DNA of 64,000 nt from assembly GCF_009914755.1 (NCBI RefSeq), contig NC_060936.1, one strand, 5' to 3'. This DNA comes from the human T2T-CHM13v2.0 reference genome, Homo sapiens. The notes beneath the pieces are model-generated. The model saw only the letters and a program-made list of their open reading frames with translations. It was not told the origin of the DNA and did not search any database. Both the position numbers and the translations under genes were made by a program. Position 1 is the first letter of the stretch. Each line of letters begins with the position of its first letter. Shown in pieces: positions 33,203-46,500 of this stretch.

Positions 33203-33365
33203 AGTGCTTTTCAAATATTGACGTGCATGAGATTCACTAGGATATATTATTAAACGCAGATGTTTATTCCATGGGTCTAAAGTGTATCTGAGATTCATTG
33301 TTTCTAACAAACTGCCAGGTGATCTCAATGTTGCTGCTGATGTACCCCACTTTGAGTAGCAAGGT
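33203..33365. mobile_element. MER5-family hAT MITE
   Basis: tttctaacaaactgccaggtgat...ccactttgagtagcaagg matches the MER5A/B 3' end. Confidence 0.7.
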
Positions 33366-34153
33366 CCTAAAAAGTTGAATCCTGAGATATGGAAAGGACG
33401 ATAAATACAAGAGTAGCCTGTTGGAGCATTTGGAATCACACAAAAAGAGTAATTAGGCTCTTGTCTTATTTTTTTCTCCTACAAGGCAAAAATCTTAGTA
33501 AGCAGCAAGACCGTTTATTACACATCCTCTAACATAGAGCAACAATCAAGAGTTGAACAAAAATAATGGGATAATGGACATAAGCAACCAAACCATGGCA
33601 TTCTCTTCTGGGGAAGCAGGGGTGGTGGTGGAAAGGCCTTGGGTTTCAGCAGGCTTTTGCAAATGACTTCTGTATCAGTTACCTGTGGGTTTGACCACAT
33701 CTTTTCCCCTATAAATCAGGATGCTATGTTGATTACCGAGAAAGGAAGTAAAATGGAAAAATATTCTTTTTTATTATTATTTTGCAGAAACTGAGCATAC
33801 CTTGCATGAGACCGCCTAAGTCATTGTGCTCAACTGTGCTTAAAAATTTTGCATCTCAGTTAGATATCAGTCCTTATCCCGACAGAAAACAATATATTGA
33901 AAAGGCCAAGCAATAATCCTTCAAGTGCTTCTAAGTGTTCAAGTGAAGGAAAGAGTTATTCATCTTCCTTTAAATCAGAAGCTAGACATGATTCAACTTA
34001 ATCAGGAAGGCATGTCAAAAGCCAAGATAGGCCAAAAGCTAGGCCTCTTGCACCAAACAGTTGGCCAAGTTGTAAATGCAGAGAAAAGATTATTGAAAGA
34101 AATTAAAAGTGCTACCCCAGTGAACCCATGATTAATTAAAGGGGAAAAAAAAG

Positions 34154-34546
<393 letters not shown>

Positions 34547-35716
34547 TTTTTAGTGATCTGGATAAAGGAAGAAAGCAGGTACAAAAGTCCCTTGCTAAAG
34601 CAGAATTTAGAGCAAGGTCCCAACTCTCTTCTATCTTATAAAGGCTGAGAGAGGTGAAAAACCTGTAGAAAAAATGTTTGAAGCTAGCAGAGGGTGGTTC
34701 ATAAGGTTTAAGAAAAGAAGCCATGTCCACAGCATCAAATACAAGGTAAAGTGGCAAGTGCTGATGGAGAAGCAGCAGCAAGTTATCCAGATCTACCTAA
34801 AAGTACTGATGAAAGTGGCTGTAACTAAACAATAGATTTTTAATGCAGATGAGACAGACTTTGGAAAAAAATGCCAGGTAGGACTTTAATAGCTAGAGAG
34901 AAGAAGTCAATACCTGGTTTCAAAGTGTGAAAGAACAGGCTGACTCTCTTGCCACAGGCTAATGCAGCTGATGACTCAAATTTAAAGGCAGTACTCAAGT
35001 ACTCATTAAGCATTCCAAAAATCTTAGGGCCCTTGAGAATTATTCTAAATCTACTCTGCCTGTGCTCTATAAATGGAATGACAAAGCCTGGATGACAACA
35101 CATCTGTTTACAGCATAGCTTGCTGAATATTTTAAGCCCACTGTTGAGACCCACTGCTCAGAAAAAAGATTCCTTTCTAAATATTACTGCTCATTGAGAA
35201 TGCACTTAGTCACCCAAGAACTCTAAAGGAGAAGTACAATGAGGTTAATACTGTTTCCATTCCTGCTAACATAATACCTATTCTGAAGTCTGTGGATCAA
35301 GAAATAGATTTTGTAAGGCTAGAGCTGCCATAGATCACTATGGATGTATATGGACAAAATAGATGGATAAACTTCTAGAAAAGATTCACAATTTTAGATG
35401 CCATTAAATGCATTTGTGATTCATGGGAGGAAATAAAAATATTAACATTAACAGCAATTTGAAAGAAGTTGAGTCCAACCCTCAGGGATGACCATGAGGA
35501 GTTCAGACTCCAGTGAAGGAAGTAATTGTGGATGTGGTGGCTATAGCAAGACAATTGGAAGTGGAGGAGTTCATGATTTTACTTAATTGCTGCAATCTCA
35601 TAAAACTTGAATGAATGAAGCATTGTTTCTTATGGATGAACAAAGGAAGTAGTTTCTTGAGACGGAATGTAATTCTGGTGAAGATGTTGTGAATATTGTT
35701 GAAATGACAACAAAAA

Positions 35717-36037
<321 letters not shown>

Positions 36038-37650
36038 TGAAATGACAGCAAAGTATTTAGAATAGTCATAAATTTAGTTGATAAAGTAGTGGCAGGGTTT
36101 GAAAGGATTGAATCCAAGTTGAAAGAAGTTGTGCTGTGGGTAAACTGCCACCAAACATCATTGCATGCTACAGAGAAATTTTCATGAAATGAGGAGTCCA
36201 TTGATGTGGCAAACTTCACTGTTGTCTTATTTTAAGAAACCCAGCCTTCTGCAACCACCATCGTGATCTGTCAGCAGCCATCAGCCTCAAGGCAAAACCC
36301 TCTACCAGCAAAAAGATTACAACTTGCTGAAGGCTTAGATGATTGTTATCATTTCTTAGTATTTTTAAATTATTTTTAAATTAAAATATTTTTAAATTAA
36401 GTATTTTTAATTAGTATTTTTAAATTAAGTATTTTTAAATTAAGGTATGTCCATTTTTTATATATAATGCTACTACACACTTAGACTACACTGTAGTGTA
36501 AACATCATTTTCATATGCACTGGGAAAACAAAAAATTTGTGACTCACTTTATTGAAGTGGTCTGGAACTGAACCCACAGTATATTTGAGGCATGCCTGTA
36601 CTGTGAGTTACATTTTGCAATAATAGTCAATGAACATTTGCAATATAACCTATTCATGACCTATTACTTGTGTTTCAAAAATTTTATTCAGTTATATTAA
36701 ATTGATTTGCGTAATTAGAATGTTATTCATTTGACAATAGCTGATGATCCATAGTATGTTAGAGATTAATTTTAAATAACTCAAAACTGATTTTGGAGAG
36801 CTTTTACATTATATTGACATTTCAGTGAAACTTGATTTTAAAAATTGTGTTCCGTTGCCTTCACTGGTTACTTAGCAATTAACATAAAGTTTTCAGAAAA
36901 GCCTATATACATTTGAGAAGCAAGAAACAAAATTGAGAAAAATAACAAACCAAACATATGGTGTTTGAATTGTTTTTTAAATTAAGGACTGTATTTATAG
37001 TTGCTGTGTTTGAGTTACTCATATGCAACTGAGAAATTGAATTTCATTTTCCCTCATTGGTTATTATAGTCAAAACTACAAAGTTATTATTTTATTTTTA
37101 ATCATTGTCTTTTCTGTTTTCTGCATTACATTTCTCTTGAAGCTTATAGAATTTACCGTGTCAGTCTCCTCCCCAGGGTGACAGTCTCATTCTCTAGAAC
37201 TTCTGAAAACACATGAACCATGCTTCTTCATAAGTTTTTAAAATATTATTTTCTTTTGATTTGCCATGTGAAAATACTGCAAATTAGTTATAATAATCCC
37301 ATTTCTATGGAAATATTGTAGATATTATTTAATTAATCTTGCTAGATGCTGAACAATTCATGAACTACTTGCTGAAATTCAATAAGCAATTCATGAATAC
37401 TTGAATTAAGAGTTTTTTTTAAGTCAGAAACTGGTAAATACCATCAATGACAAATATTATTCCATCAAATTCAATCTGGTTATGAAATATCTCAGTTTTT
37501 AAACTCATCCTGAATACACTCAGCAGTGAAAAAGATGAGGTGTGACTACAAGGTAACGAAATTCATTTTCTTAGGTGGTTTGTAAAACCAGCTCTCTGAA
37601 CACAATTCAAGAAGAGGAGTTCTAAAAATTTTTTTTTTTAAGTGGAAATC

Positions 37651-38115
37651 TTTTCTTTTTTTTTTTTTAATTATACTTCAAGTTCTAGGGTACATGTGCA
37701 CAACGTGCAGGTTTGTTACATGTGTATACATGTGCCATGTTGGTGTGCTGCACCCATTAACTAATCATTTAACATTAGGTATATCTCCTAATGCTATCTC
37801 TCCCCCCTCCCCCCACCCCACAACAGGCCCCTGGTGTGTGATGTTCCCCTTCCTGTGTCCATGTGTTCTCATTGTTCAATTCCCACCTATGAGTGAGAAC
37901 ATGCGGTGTTTGGTTTTTTGTCCTTGTGATAGTTTGCTGGGAATGATGGTTTCCAGCTTCATCCATGTCCCTACAAAGGACATGAACTCATCATTTTTTA
38001 TGGCTGCATAGTATTCCATGGTGTATATGTGCAACATTTTCTTAATCCAGTCTATCGTTGTTGGACATTTGGGTTGGTTCCAAGTCTTTGCTATTGTGAA
38101 TAGTGCCACAATAAA
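37651..38115 (-). mobile_element. 5'-truncated L1PA (PA4-7-like) 3' end
   Basis: Poly(T), then aagttctagggtacatgtgcacaacgtgcagg. ORF 37876-38109 is the ORF2p C-terminus. Confidence 0.95.
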
Positions 38116-41100
38116 ATGTTTTAAGCCATGGTAACATAATTATCATCAACATACAGTCTCCCAGGGCAATTCCTAAGAAGGTCAACACTCATTGTGGTAT
38201 TTGTTAATTTTTTTTTATTATTTTATTGTCATACTTTGTAAGTTGGTGTAAAGGCACTTTGAAACAGAAGGAATGCCTCTCAGAGATCCTGGTAGAGCGT
38301 GACGCAGGGAGCTTCATTCATATCTGATTATTGAAAAAAGAAAATAAAGTCATTCCCCTTGTATATCAGTGTACATCCGTGTCCTGCTATGGATACATTT
38401 TTAATTGCTCTCCTTAAGAGCTTGATCCAAAAGCCTTTGAAGTAAGCAGCCCTCTACTTTTATCCTATTACAAGTGAACAGTCTCTCAATCCTGCCCTGA
38501 TTTTTAGAGCCAGGGGAAGAAAAGCATTTGGAAATTGTTCTGAAATATAGTTTCTACTAACATTTTCCTATGGGTGATCTTACTAGCCTATTAAACATTT
38601 GTAATCACACAGAGCTTAAAATATGGAACTGCAAACATGTTAGCACAGTGTGTAATCTCAGTGCTCAGAAGGGATCCAGCACTCACAGTGAGCTTATTTC
38701 CAGAGCTCTAGCTGCACCAGCTCTCCAGGGAGCTAAAGCTGCCAGTCCACCCTCCTAACTCCCTTGGAGGAGAATAGGTGGTAGCAACAATTCATGTGGG
38801 TGGAAACTGAAGAAATGGAAGAATACAGTAGAAGAGGAGGGGAAGGTAGCACAGGCATGACAGTGACGGAATAAATGACACAGCTTGAATTCAACGGTGC
38901 TTCTGTCCCTGTTTTTAGACTGATAATGTGTGTAACTTCCCCTCCCTCTTTTTAAATTAGCAAACATAATCCTTACTAAGCACCTGGCTGCCTTGATTCT
39001 AGACCACATCAGCATCTGTCTCCTTCCATACATCATTCTAATACAAAATATGAATGCAGTTTCACTGCTTTTAGAGATTCACTGGGACTCTGCCGACATT
39101 TTCCCAAGTACAAGAACACTTAAAAATACATCTTTGTATCAGAATTTCAAGCACTGGAATAATAAAGGATGATGACAAGAATGAGCAAATGGTTTAGGAG
39201 AAAATCACAGTCTACTTTCCAAAGTAACAGTTTTAAAAATCCTATTCCTAGCACAAAATTACAATTAAAATGAAATAATAGGTTATGTTAATTAAGTGCT
39301 ATGTTTCCAGCTTTTTTTTCTCTTCCAAAGAGGGTCGGGGGAATATGAAATGTAGCATGATTTTTTTGGGATGACATGAATAGCCCAATTATACAAATAT
39401 ATTTCTGGTTGGTTTGGTAAACATTGAAAATTTTGTTTTATCAATATATTAGTATGCCCTTTTCTTCAACACCACAGATGTTTAAATCCCCTTTGGCTGC
39501 TCTTGCAAATTCAGCCTAACCACCAGTTCTGTACCTTGCTGCAATTATCTTTAAAAACACAATTCCCAAGGTAGACTGTTTAAGGCTGGGTGGAAAGGTT
39601 GCCCTTCGTATTTCTTACACACAATCAGACAGATTATTGTTCATGTGAAAGCCTGTGAACCCTCCCACACAGGAGGGTGATCTGTCCACAGCAGTGATAG
39701 TTTCTGACTGTAGCTACATTCTTGAGAGGATAGCCTGCTATTACCACCCATTACTTTAGCTCAGTCTGTACATAATGCAAGATGGGAAGGTGTGGAAGTT
39801 TTAAATGCCCAGTTTCTTTTGACTCCTGAAGACATTCACAGTAGTGGTAGCTTAGCCAGTTCTGTGTGTATGGCTTATACCATGAATCAGAACCACTAGT
39901 AATTTTATATCTCTCTTCCACTTTAGTGTATGTGAAAGCTTGCGTACAAAAAGAAGGGGCAACAACTATACAGGAAGGAGAACAGGTAAATATAAACATA
40001 GAAAGGTAGCCGAGTTAAATTAACTCCTAATTCTTTTAGGACACTTTATAATGGAAAAATAATCATAGTGCAAAATTGATGTAATTAAAAGTTATGCATG
40101 CAAGAAAATGTTGAATTACTTGTACATTTCAGAATCTACACTCCAAGTGTAGATGTAGATACCCTCTTATTTTACTTTTGATAAGTGCTTTTTACAACTT
40201 TCAAGTTTCAAATGTGTTCTAAACTCTGTGCTACAGAGCTAATGTGAAAATAGCTTATTCTAAAATTGTCCTTCTGTTACTGTTACTGCATGTATCCACT
40301 TTTGAAAATAATTAGATTGCTTAATATCTTGAAAATTTATGTTGAAAAAACCTCATGAATAAAATATTCAATAGGATTGCCATTTGACAATGTGTGATAA
40401 TGAATCCCAGTACTACAGTAATGTTATAAAATTGTAATCTCACATTTGATGAAAAATATTCCAAATGCAAACTAAAAATCTTTGGCATATCTTATCATTT
40501 TTAGCTGTATTGAACACCATCAAATTATCAGAGAGTCTGGTAAAGATGACTCAATTAAAGGTCTGTCTCTTTATGTAAAAGTTTCTAGTTTATTTAAACC
40601 TTTAAAAATTTAATGGATTACTTGAGATTCACAGAAAATACATTTCAGTTTCGAAGAAGTTATCTATTTCAAAGACTATCTAAATACTTTTTTAAGCTTT
40701 AGTCAGGAAGTTATTTTGTGAAATAATATATATTATTGGTTAAGATCAAGGGATATTGATTCAGGCCTACCTGAATTTCACCCTATGTTCTTCTATCATT
40801 TAGTTGTTTTGGGGGCCTGGAAAAATCATAAAGTCACAAAGTCTTGATTTTAAGACTTATAAAATGTAGATGACAAAAATTGATCCCATAGGAATTTTTC
40901 TGAGGATTTAAATAATATAAGTAAGTTGTTAAGAACAGTGCCTGGGACATGAGGTGCTATTATTATTACAAATCAAAGGTAAAGTTTAAATTACTATAGA
41001 TTAAATAGCAATCTCATTAGAGAACATCAGAATGATTGCAAAGTCAGTATAAAATATCATTGTGCTACATTTGGGAAATTATTAAATACCTCTTAATAGC

Positions 41101-41559
41101 CAATGCCCAAATTTTTAGGATAGCCAAGAACCAACATTATTAAACCTTGAGGAAACAGAGTATCTACCAAATACATGGGTTGAACTAGCTGGTCTCTATT
41201 ATCAACAGTAGTATTGACCTAAAATCAGGAAGTTTAAACAGTTCATGCTTAAAAGAAGATTAAAGCTATCTAAGATGTAAGGACAATCAAGCCAGCACCC
41301 CAAAAATCTTATTTTCTTGAAATGAAAATAAAAATGTCAGAGACATTTGAGATGAGGTCTTTCCTTCCTCCAGTAGAGAAGGTAAAAAATGCAGAGAAGA
41401 GGAAAGTCTATGTATTATATGATTCAGCAGTTCTTACTGGAAGTTTTTCATCTTCTGGTCAGTAGATCAAATATGATATCAGGAAATACAGAAGACTAAA
41501 TATACCCATTGTTCCTGCTGCGAAAAAGACGGAATATGATTAAGCTCTCATACCACCCA

Positions 41560-41840
41560 GGTCCACACCAGACTCAGCTCACCCAGGAATGAGTCACTGC
41601 TCTGATGGACTGATTGGCCCGGGCTGAGCCAAAGCAGTGATGAAATAGCTTAGAGCTTTGGAGCTGAAGGGAACCTCTGCACTAATTCTCCTTCATGCTT
41701 AAACGAAAGCTGATTCTGGAAGATATCCAGTGATGGCTGGGATTTAGGAGGATGGTCTTCTGCAAACCAACCACAGGAACTGATGCCAACAGGCTCTTCA
41801 CTGAGCAGATGAAGTGCGGGCTGGGGCGCTCTTCGGCTAA
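41560..41840. promoter_or_regulatory. Candidate enhancer/promoter motif cluster
   Basis: GGAATG (41586) overlapping AP-1 TGAGTCA (41590-41596); inverted CCAAT ctgattggc (41610-41618); RUNX AACCACA fused to ETS CAGGAA (41769-41779); GC-box-like gcgggctggggcgc (41816-41829). Motif evidence only. Confidence 0.3.
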
Positions 41841-42245
41841 TTTGTTTTCCATGTATAGTGAATGTTTTCAAACATAAATTATTAATTGTACTTTAAAAGT
41901 TGACTGTATAAAATGAATTTTCAGTTAATCTACACTCCAAATGGTCTGCAACAAATAAACAACTAAAATACCAAACATTTCTTTACTCAACATATGACTA
42001 AGTTATTCCTTTAAATAAAACATTACTCTTTTTTTTTTTCCTGGACTCTGTATTATAATACTTAACATTTATTTTTCCCATGGGAAAACATTATTGTAAT
42101 GATCCAGAAAGATCCTTTCTAATCTACTCAAAATAGTATATTCTAAATTAATTGGCTTAGTAGTTTACGGTGGATGCTGGTTAGTTTCATAGGTTGAACT
42201 TTGTGATGCTGCTGCCAGGGTCACTGGCTTACGTTCTGTGTATCA

Positions 42246-43555
42246 AGGTGAGCCATAGATATCCATGCACCGCATGTCCCGGTTACCCATAGTATCCATG
42301 CATCGCATGTCCATGTTAGCCATAGATATCCGTGCACTGCATGTCTAGGTGAGACATAGATATACATGCATCACATGTCCAGGTTACCCATAGATACCCA
42401 TGCACCTCATGTCCATGTGAGCCATAGATACCCATGCACCGTATGTCCAGGTGAGCCATAGATATCCATGCACTGCATGTTCAGGTGAGCCATAGATATC
42501 CATGCACCTCATGTCCAGCTTATCCATAGATATCCATGCACTGTATGTCCAGGTGACCCATAGATATTCATGCACAGCATGTTCAGGTGAGCCGTAGATA
42601 TCTATGCACTGCATGTCCGGATTACCCATAGGTATCCATGCACTGCATGTCCAAGTGAGCCATAGATATCCATGCACTGCATGTCCAGGTGAGCCATAGA
42701 TATACATGCACCGCATGGCCAGGTTACCCATAGATATCCAAGCACCGCACGTCCAGGTGAGCCATAGATATCCATGCACCGCACGTTCAGGCGAGCCATA
42801 GATATCCATGCACTGCATATCCGGGTTACCCATAGCATGTCCGGGTTACCCATAGCACGTCCGGGTTACCCATAGATATCCACGCACCGCACGTTCAGGC
42901 GACCCATAGATATCCACGCACCGATGTTCAGGTGAGCCATAGACATCCACACACCGCACGTCCGGGTTACCTGTAGATACCCACGCACCGCACGTCCGGG
43001 TTACCCGTAGATACCCACGCACCGCACGCCCGGGTTACCCGTAGATACCCACGCACCGCACGCCCGGGTTACCCGTAGATGTCCACGCACCGCACGCCCG
43101 GGTTACCCGTAGATGTCCAAGCACCGCACGCCCGGGTTACCTGTAGATGTCCATGCACCGCACGTCCGGGTTATCCGTAGATGTCCATGCACCACATGTG
43201 CAGGTTACCCACAGATATCCATGCACCACATGTCCAGATTATCCATAGATATCCATGCACTGCATGCCCAAGTTACTCGTAGATATCCATGCACTGCATG
43301 TCCAGGTTACCCGTAGATATCCATGCACCACATATTCAGGTGAGCCATAGATATCCATGCACTGCATGTCCAAGTTACTCGTAGATATCCATGCACTGCA
43401 TGTCTAGGTTACCCGTAGATATCCATGCACCACATATTCAGGTGAGCCATAGATACCCATGCACTGCATGTCCTGGGTTATCCATAGGTATCCATGTACT
43501 GCATGTCTAGGTTATCCATCAATAACTACGCATTGCATATGCAGCTATTCATAGA
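42246..43555. repeat. 34-bp minisatellite/VNTR, ~38 units, consensus gtccaggt(gag/tac)ccatagatatccatgcactgcat
   Basis: Direct reading. The minus-strand translation repeats every 34 aa (3 units = 102 nt). Confidence 0.97.
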
Positions 43556-46500
43556 GAAAATTTTAGTTCCATCCCCTCATTTGTGTGCAATTTCACATCT
43601 GATAATGAATTTTAACATGTCTACCACCACTTAGATATATTAAATATGTGAGAAGGACTTGATTCAATCCATCATCACTGTGAAACACTGCTCAAAGTGA
43701 ATACATTCGGGAGAGTTATGAGGACAAAATGCATTTACGAACAAAGTGACTAAAATACATAGATGGATCCTGGACTTCTGTAAGTTTATAAGCAAAAACA
43801 GATTAACTAACTGACTTTCCATGCAGACTATCTATTGTTATCACGGTGAATAAGGTCATTAAGAATGCATTAAACAAGTGGAATTTCATTTTCAGTTATA
43901 AGGTAACAGAAAATGTATTTCTTCTTCTAGTAGAAATAGGACTATAATAAAAGAAACAGTTCATCATGCTTAAAATCTGCTGCTCTGATACTGTGTTCCT
44001 CTCATGCATTCATGATTTCTGTTTCTCCAATTTGATTCAAGGAGCCTTGAGCAGTGAGCTCAATAATGATAAACACAGAGTTGAATTCAGAGCAGCGTTC
44101 ATACTCTGGAATACACATTCTAGCTGTCTCATTTGAAAAATGTGTAGCTCTCCTGAGCCTTGGCTTTCTCATTTGGTAAAGCAGTTTGTAAGCCATAAGG
44201 TGCTTTTAAAAGAAAGGAGTAGTATTCCCTGAAGTCCCTCATCATGTCTAGCACAATCCCAAACACTTGGTAGATGAAGACACATTGCTAAACCACCTTA
44301 TTCATCCTTTCCAACTGCATATTTAAAATTTGAAATGGCCTTATGTTTATCTTTAAAAAATCACAAGTAGATGTTATATCATTGGCTAACATGAAGAGTA
44401 TAAGAGAGAATAATAAGAAAGTTTAAAGAAAAATGTATTTCAATAGTTAATGGAAATTAAATATTTATTTTATTTACTGTATTCCTATAAAGTTTTTAAA
44501 GCCTTATGAACACTATTTTACTTTTTGTGACACAATGTTTGGACAACCCTAAAGAACTAAAAAAAAAAAAAAACCTTAGGAAATCCAATGACGTTTTCAA
44601 TAAAATTTACAAACAGGTTTTCTTCTCTTCTGGTGTCATTCAGCACCATATAGTTTCTTTTCCATTACATACAGCTGTATCGCAAATGATTTTTATCAGT
44701 GAGTTTGCATGATTTAGCTCAATTATTGTTTCTGTCTGCTTATGCTATTTAACTGAAAGGGTACTCTTAATTGGCAGAAATTTATTGTTAAAAGGATTTA
44801 TTAATTTTTTTCTAATATTTTATCCTTCCATAAGAGCTACAAAACGGGAAAGAACAGAGAGATTTTTATTCTATTCATGTCTCATCACATAGTAAAATAT
44901 GAAAGTCATATTAATTTGCACATCACATCTGAAATGCCACACAAATTGCATAACTATATGGAAGAGTTACCATCTGAATTAAAATATATTAACAAATTGA
45001 AATAGTGAAACTATGAATATGTGTTTTAAACTCAGTGAGACATTTACCTTGGGATATAAAAAGACTATAAAAGTTAAATTTTAATTCAACTCAGTGAAAT
45101 ATAATAGGGGCATATTAATATATTTAATTTGGGACATTTGAATTTATTTCTTTGGTGCCACCTTTAATTTCTGTGTCTATTTTTTGTATTTTTAAAACTT
45201 ATTCCCTTATATTATTTGTTCAGCTATCTAACTCCCCAGAAAAAGCCATGTCTTTCTTAGTTGGTATTCTCATGTGGCCCACTGTATTGTGCCTTACGTA
45301 GTATAGGAGTAAAGCCATGTTTATTAAAGTAAAAAAGAGTTTAATAAATAATGCGATGGGTATATTATAGTCTTATGTGGATATTAAAGCTCTATGGAAA
45401 AATATTTAACAACATGGGAAAATATTCATAAAATAATTTGAAAAGACCTAAAGCGGGATACACAATTTGTGTAATCATAACTATAATCCCAGTTTTATGT
45501 AGAAATGTGTACATACACTGAGAAAAATGCTGGAGGTTAATACACCACAATCATTTTTTTATATACTGAGTATGTTGGGAGCTAGAAGGTGAGACTAGAG
45601 ATCTCTCTTTTCTTTCTCATATATTTCAGTATTTTTCAAAATGTCTACAGTGAAGGTATATTAATTGTATAATTAATATGCACTTAATCACTTCTCAAAA
45701 TATATTTTGAACAATAAATTTATTTTTTAAATGAACAGAATTTAGCATTAAATTTTTTAGGGTCACTGCCTTACTTCATCCATTTCCAGTCTGATCTTAT
45801 GCCCAGAGATACTAATGTTCCTTTTATTACTCTACCAGAATGTAAAATACACCTGAGTCCCTCAGATACTATCACAAATTGAGGAAAAATCAATTATTCC
45901 ATCTTCTTTTAATTATGTATTCAACTTAAAATTAAATATACTGAATAGAAAATAATAATAATAAATCTAGTCAGTCAACTATGGAGTATTTCATTATGAA
46001 GAGCAATGTCAATAAAGTTTTATTTTAGAGTTCCTGATGTCCCGCTCCAGTAGCGGAAAAAAAGTTTTTTGTTTTTGTTTTGTTTTGTTTTGTTTTTTGC
46101 AGGGTTGATAGTGTATGAGAGAGAAGAATATTTTTTGTTTGAGCTTTTAAACTTTAATTTGGATTTTAAATAAGTTCACAGAACTCTTCGATTCTTATAT
46201 TTTTTTTTGCTTTTTGAAAGTAATAAATGCTGAAAGGTTCTGTAAAATATAAGCACCACTTGATACGTCGATAAAGCAAAGCTACAAAGGAGCATACTGC
46301 GTGGATAACACCCAATTGAGCATGAGTTTTAATGGTAATCTTAGCTGACACTTACCTAATACCGTCTCTTACTTTGTCATTACACTATTACAGGTACAAG
46401 TTTGAGTGGCCCATAAATCAGAGATTCTCTAATTCTGCCTGAAAAATCAAGGCTGCTTTATTTAAATTTATCTGAAATCCTAAGGCCCTTAAAGAATGGG

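Noticed and set aside
39730-39999. Possible coding exon in unique sequence
   Set aside because: All three plus-strand frames after the ttactttag acceptor stop within about 60 nt, and the minus-strand ORF resembles no known protein.
40125-40160. Hairpin atctacact-cca-agtgtagat resembling a Cas12a direct repeat
   Set aside because: Single copy with a 9-bp stem and no array or cas genes; expected by chance.
42384-42853. 149-aa and 83-aa repetitive ORFs on the minus strand of the VNTR
   Set aside because: They are by-products of a 34-bp unit that lacks stops on that strand. The frame cycles every unit and there is no gene context.
42246-43555. CRISPR-like or p53 response-element array
   Set aside because: Units are contiguous with no unique spacers, and the DNA is primate. 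The paired CATG cores are 9 bp apart, whereas a canonical p53 site needs 10, and the RRR flanks match poorly.
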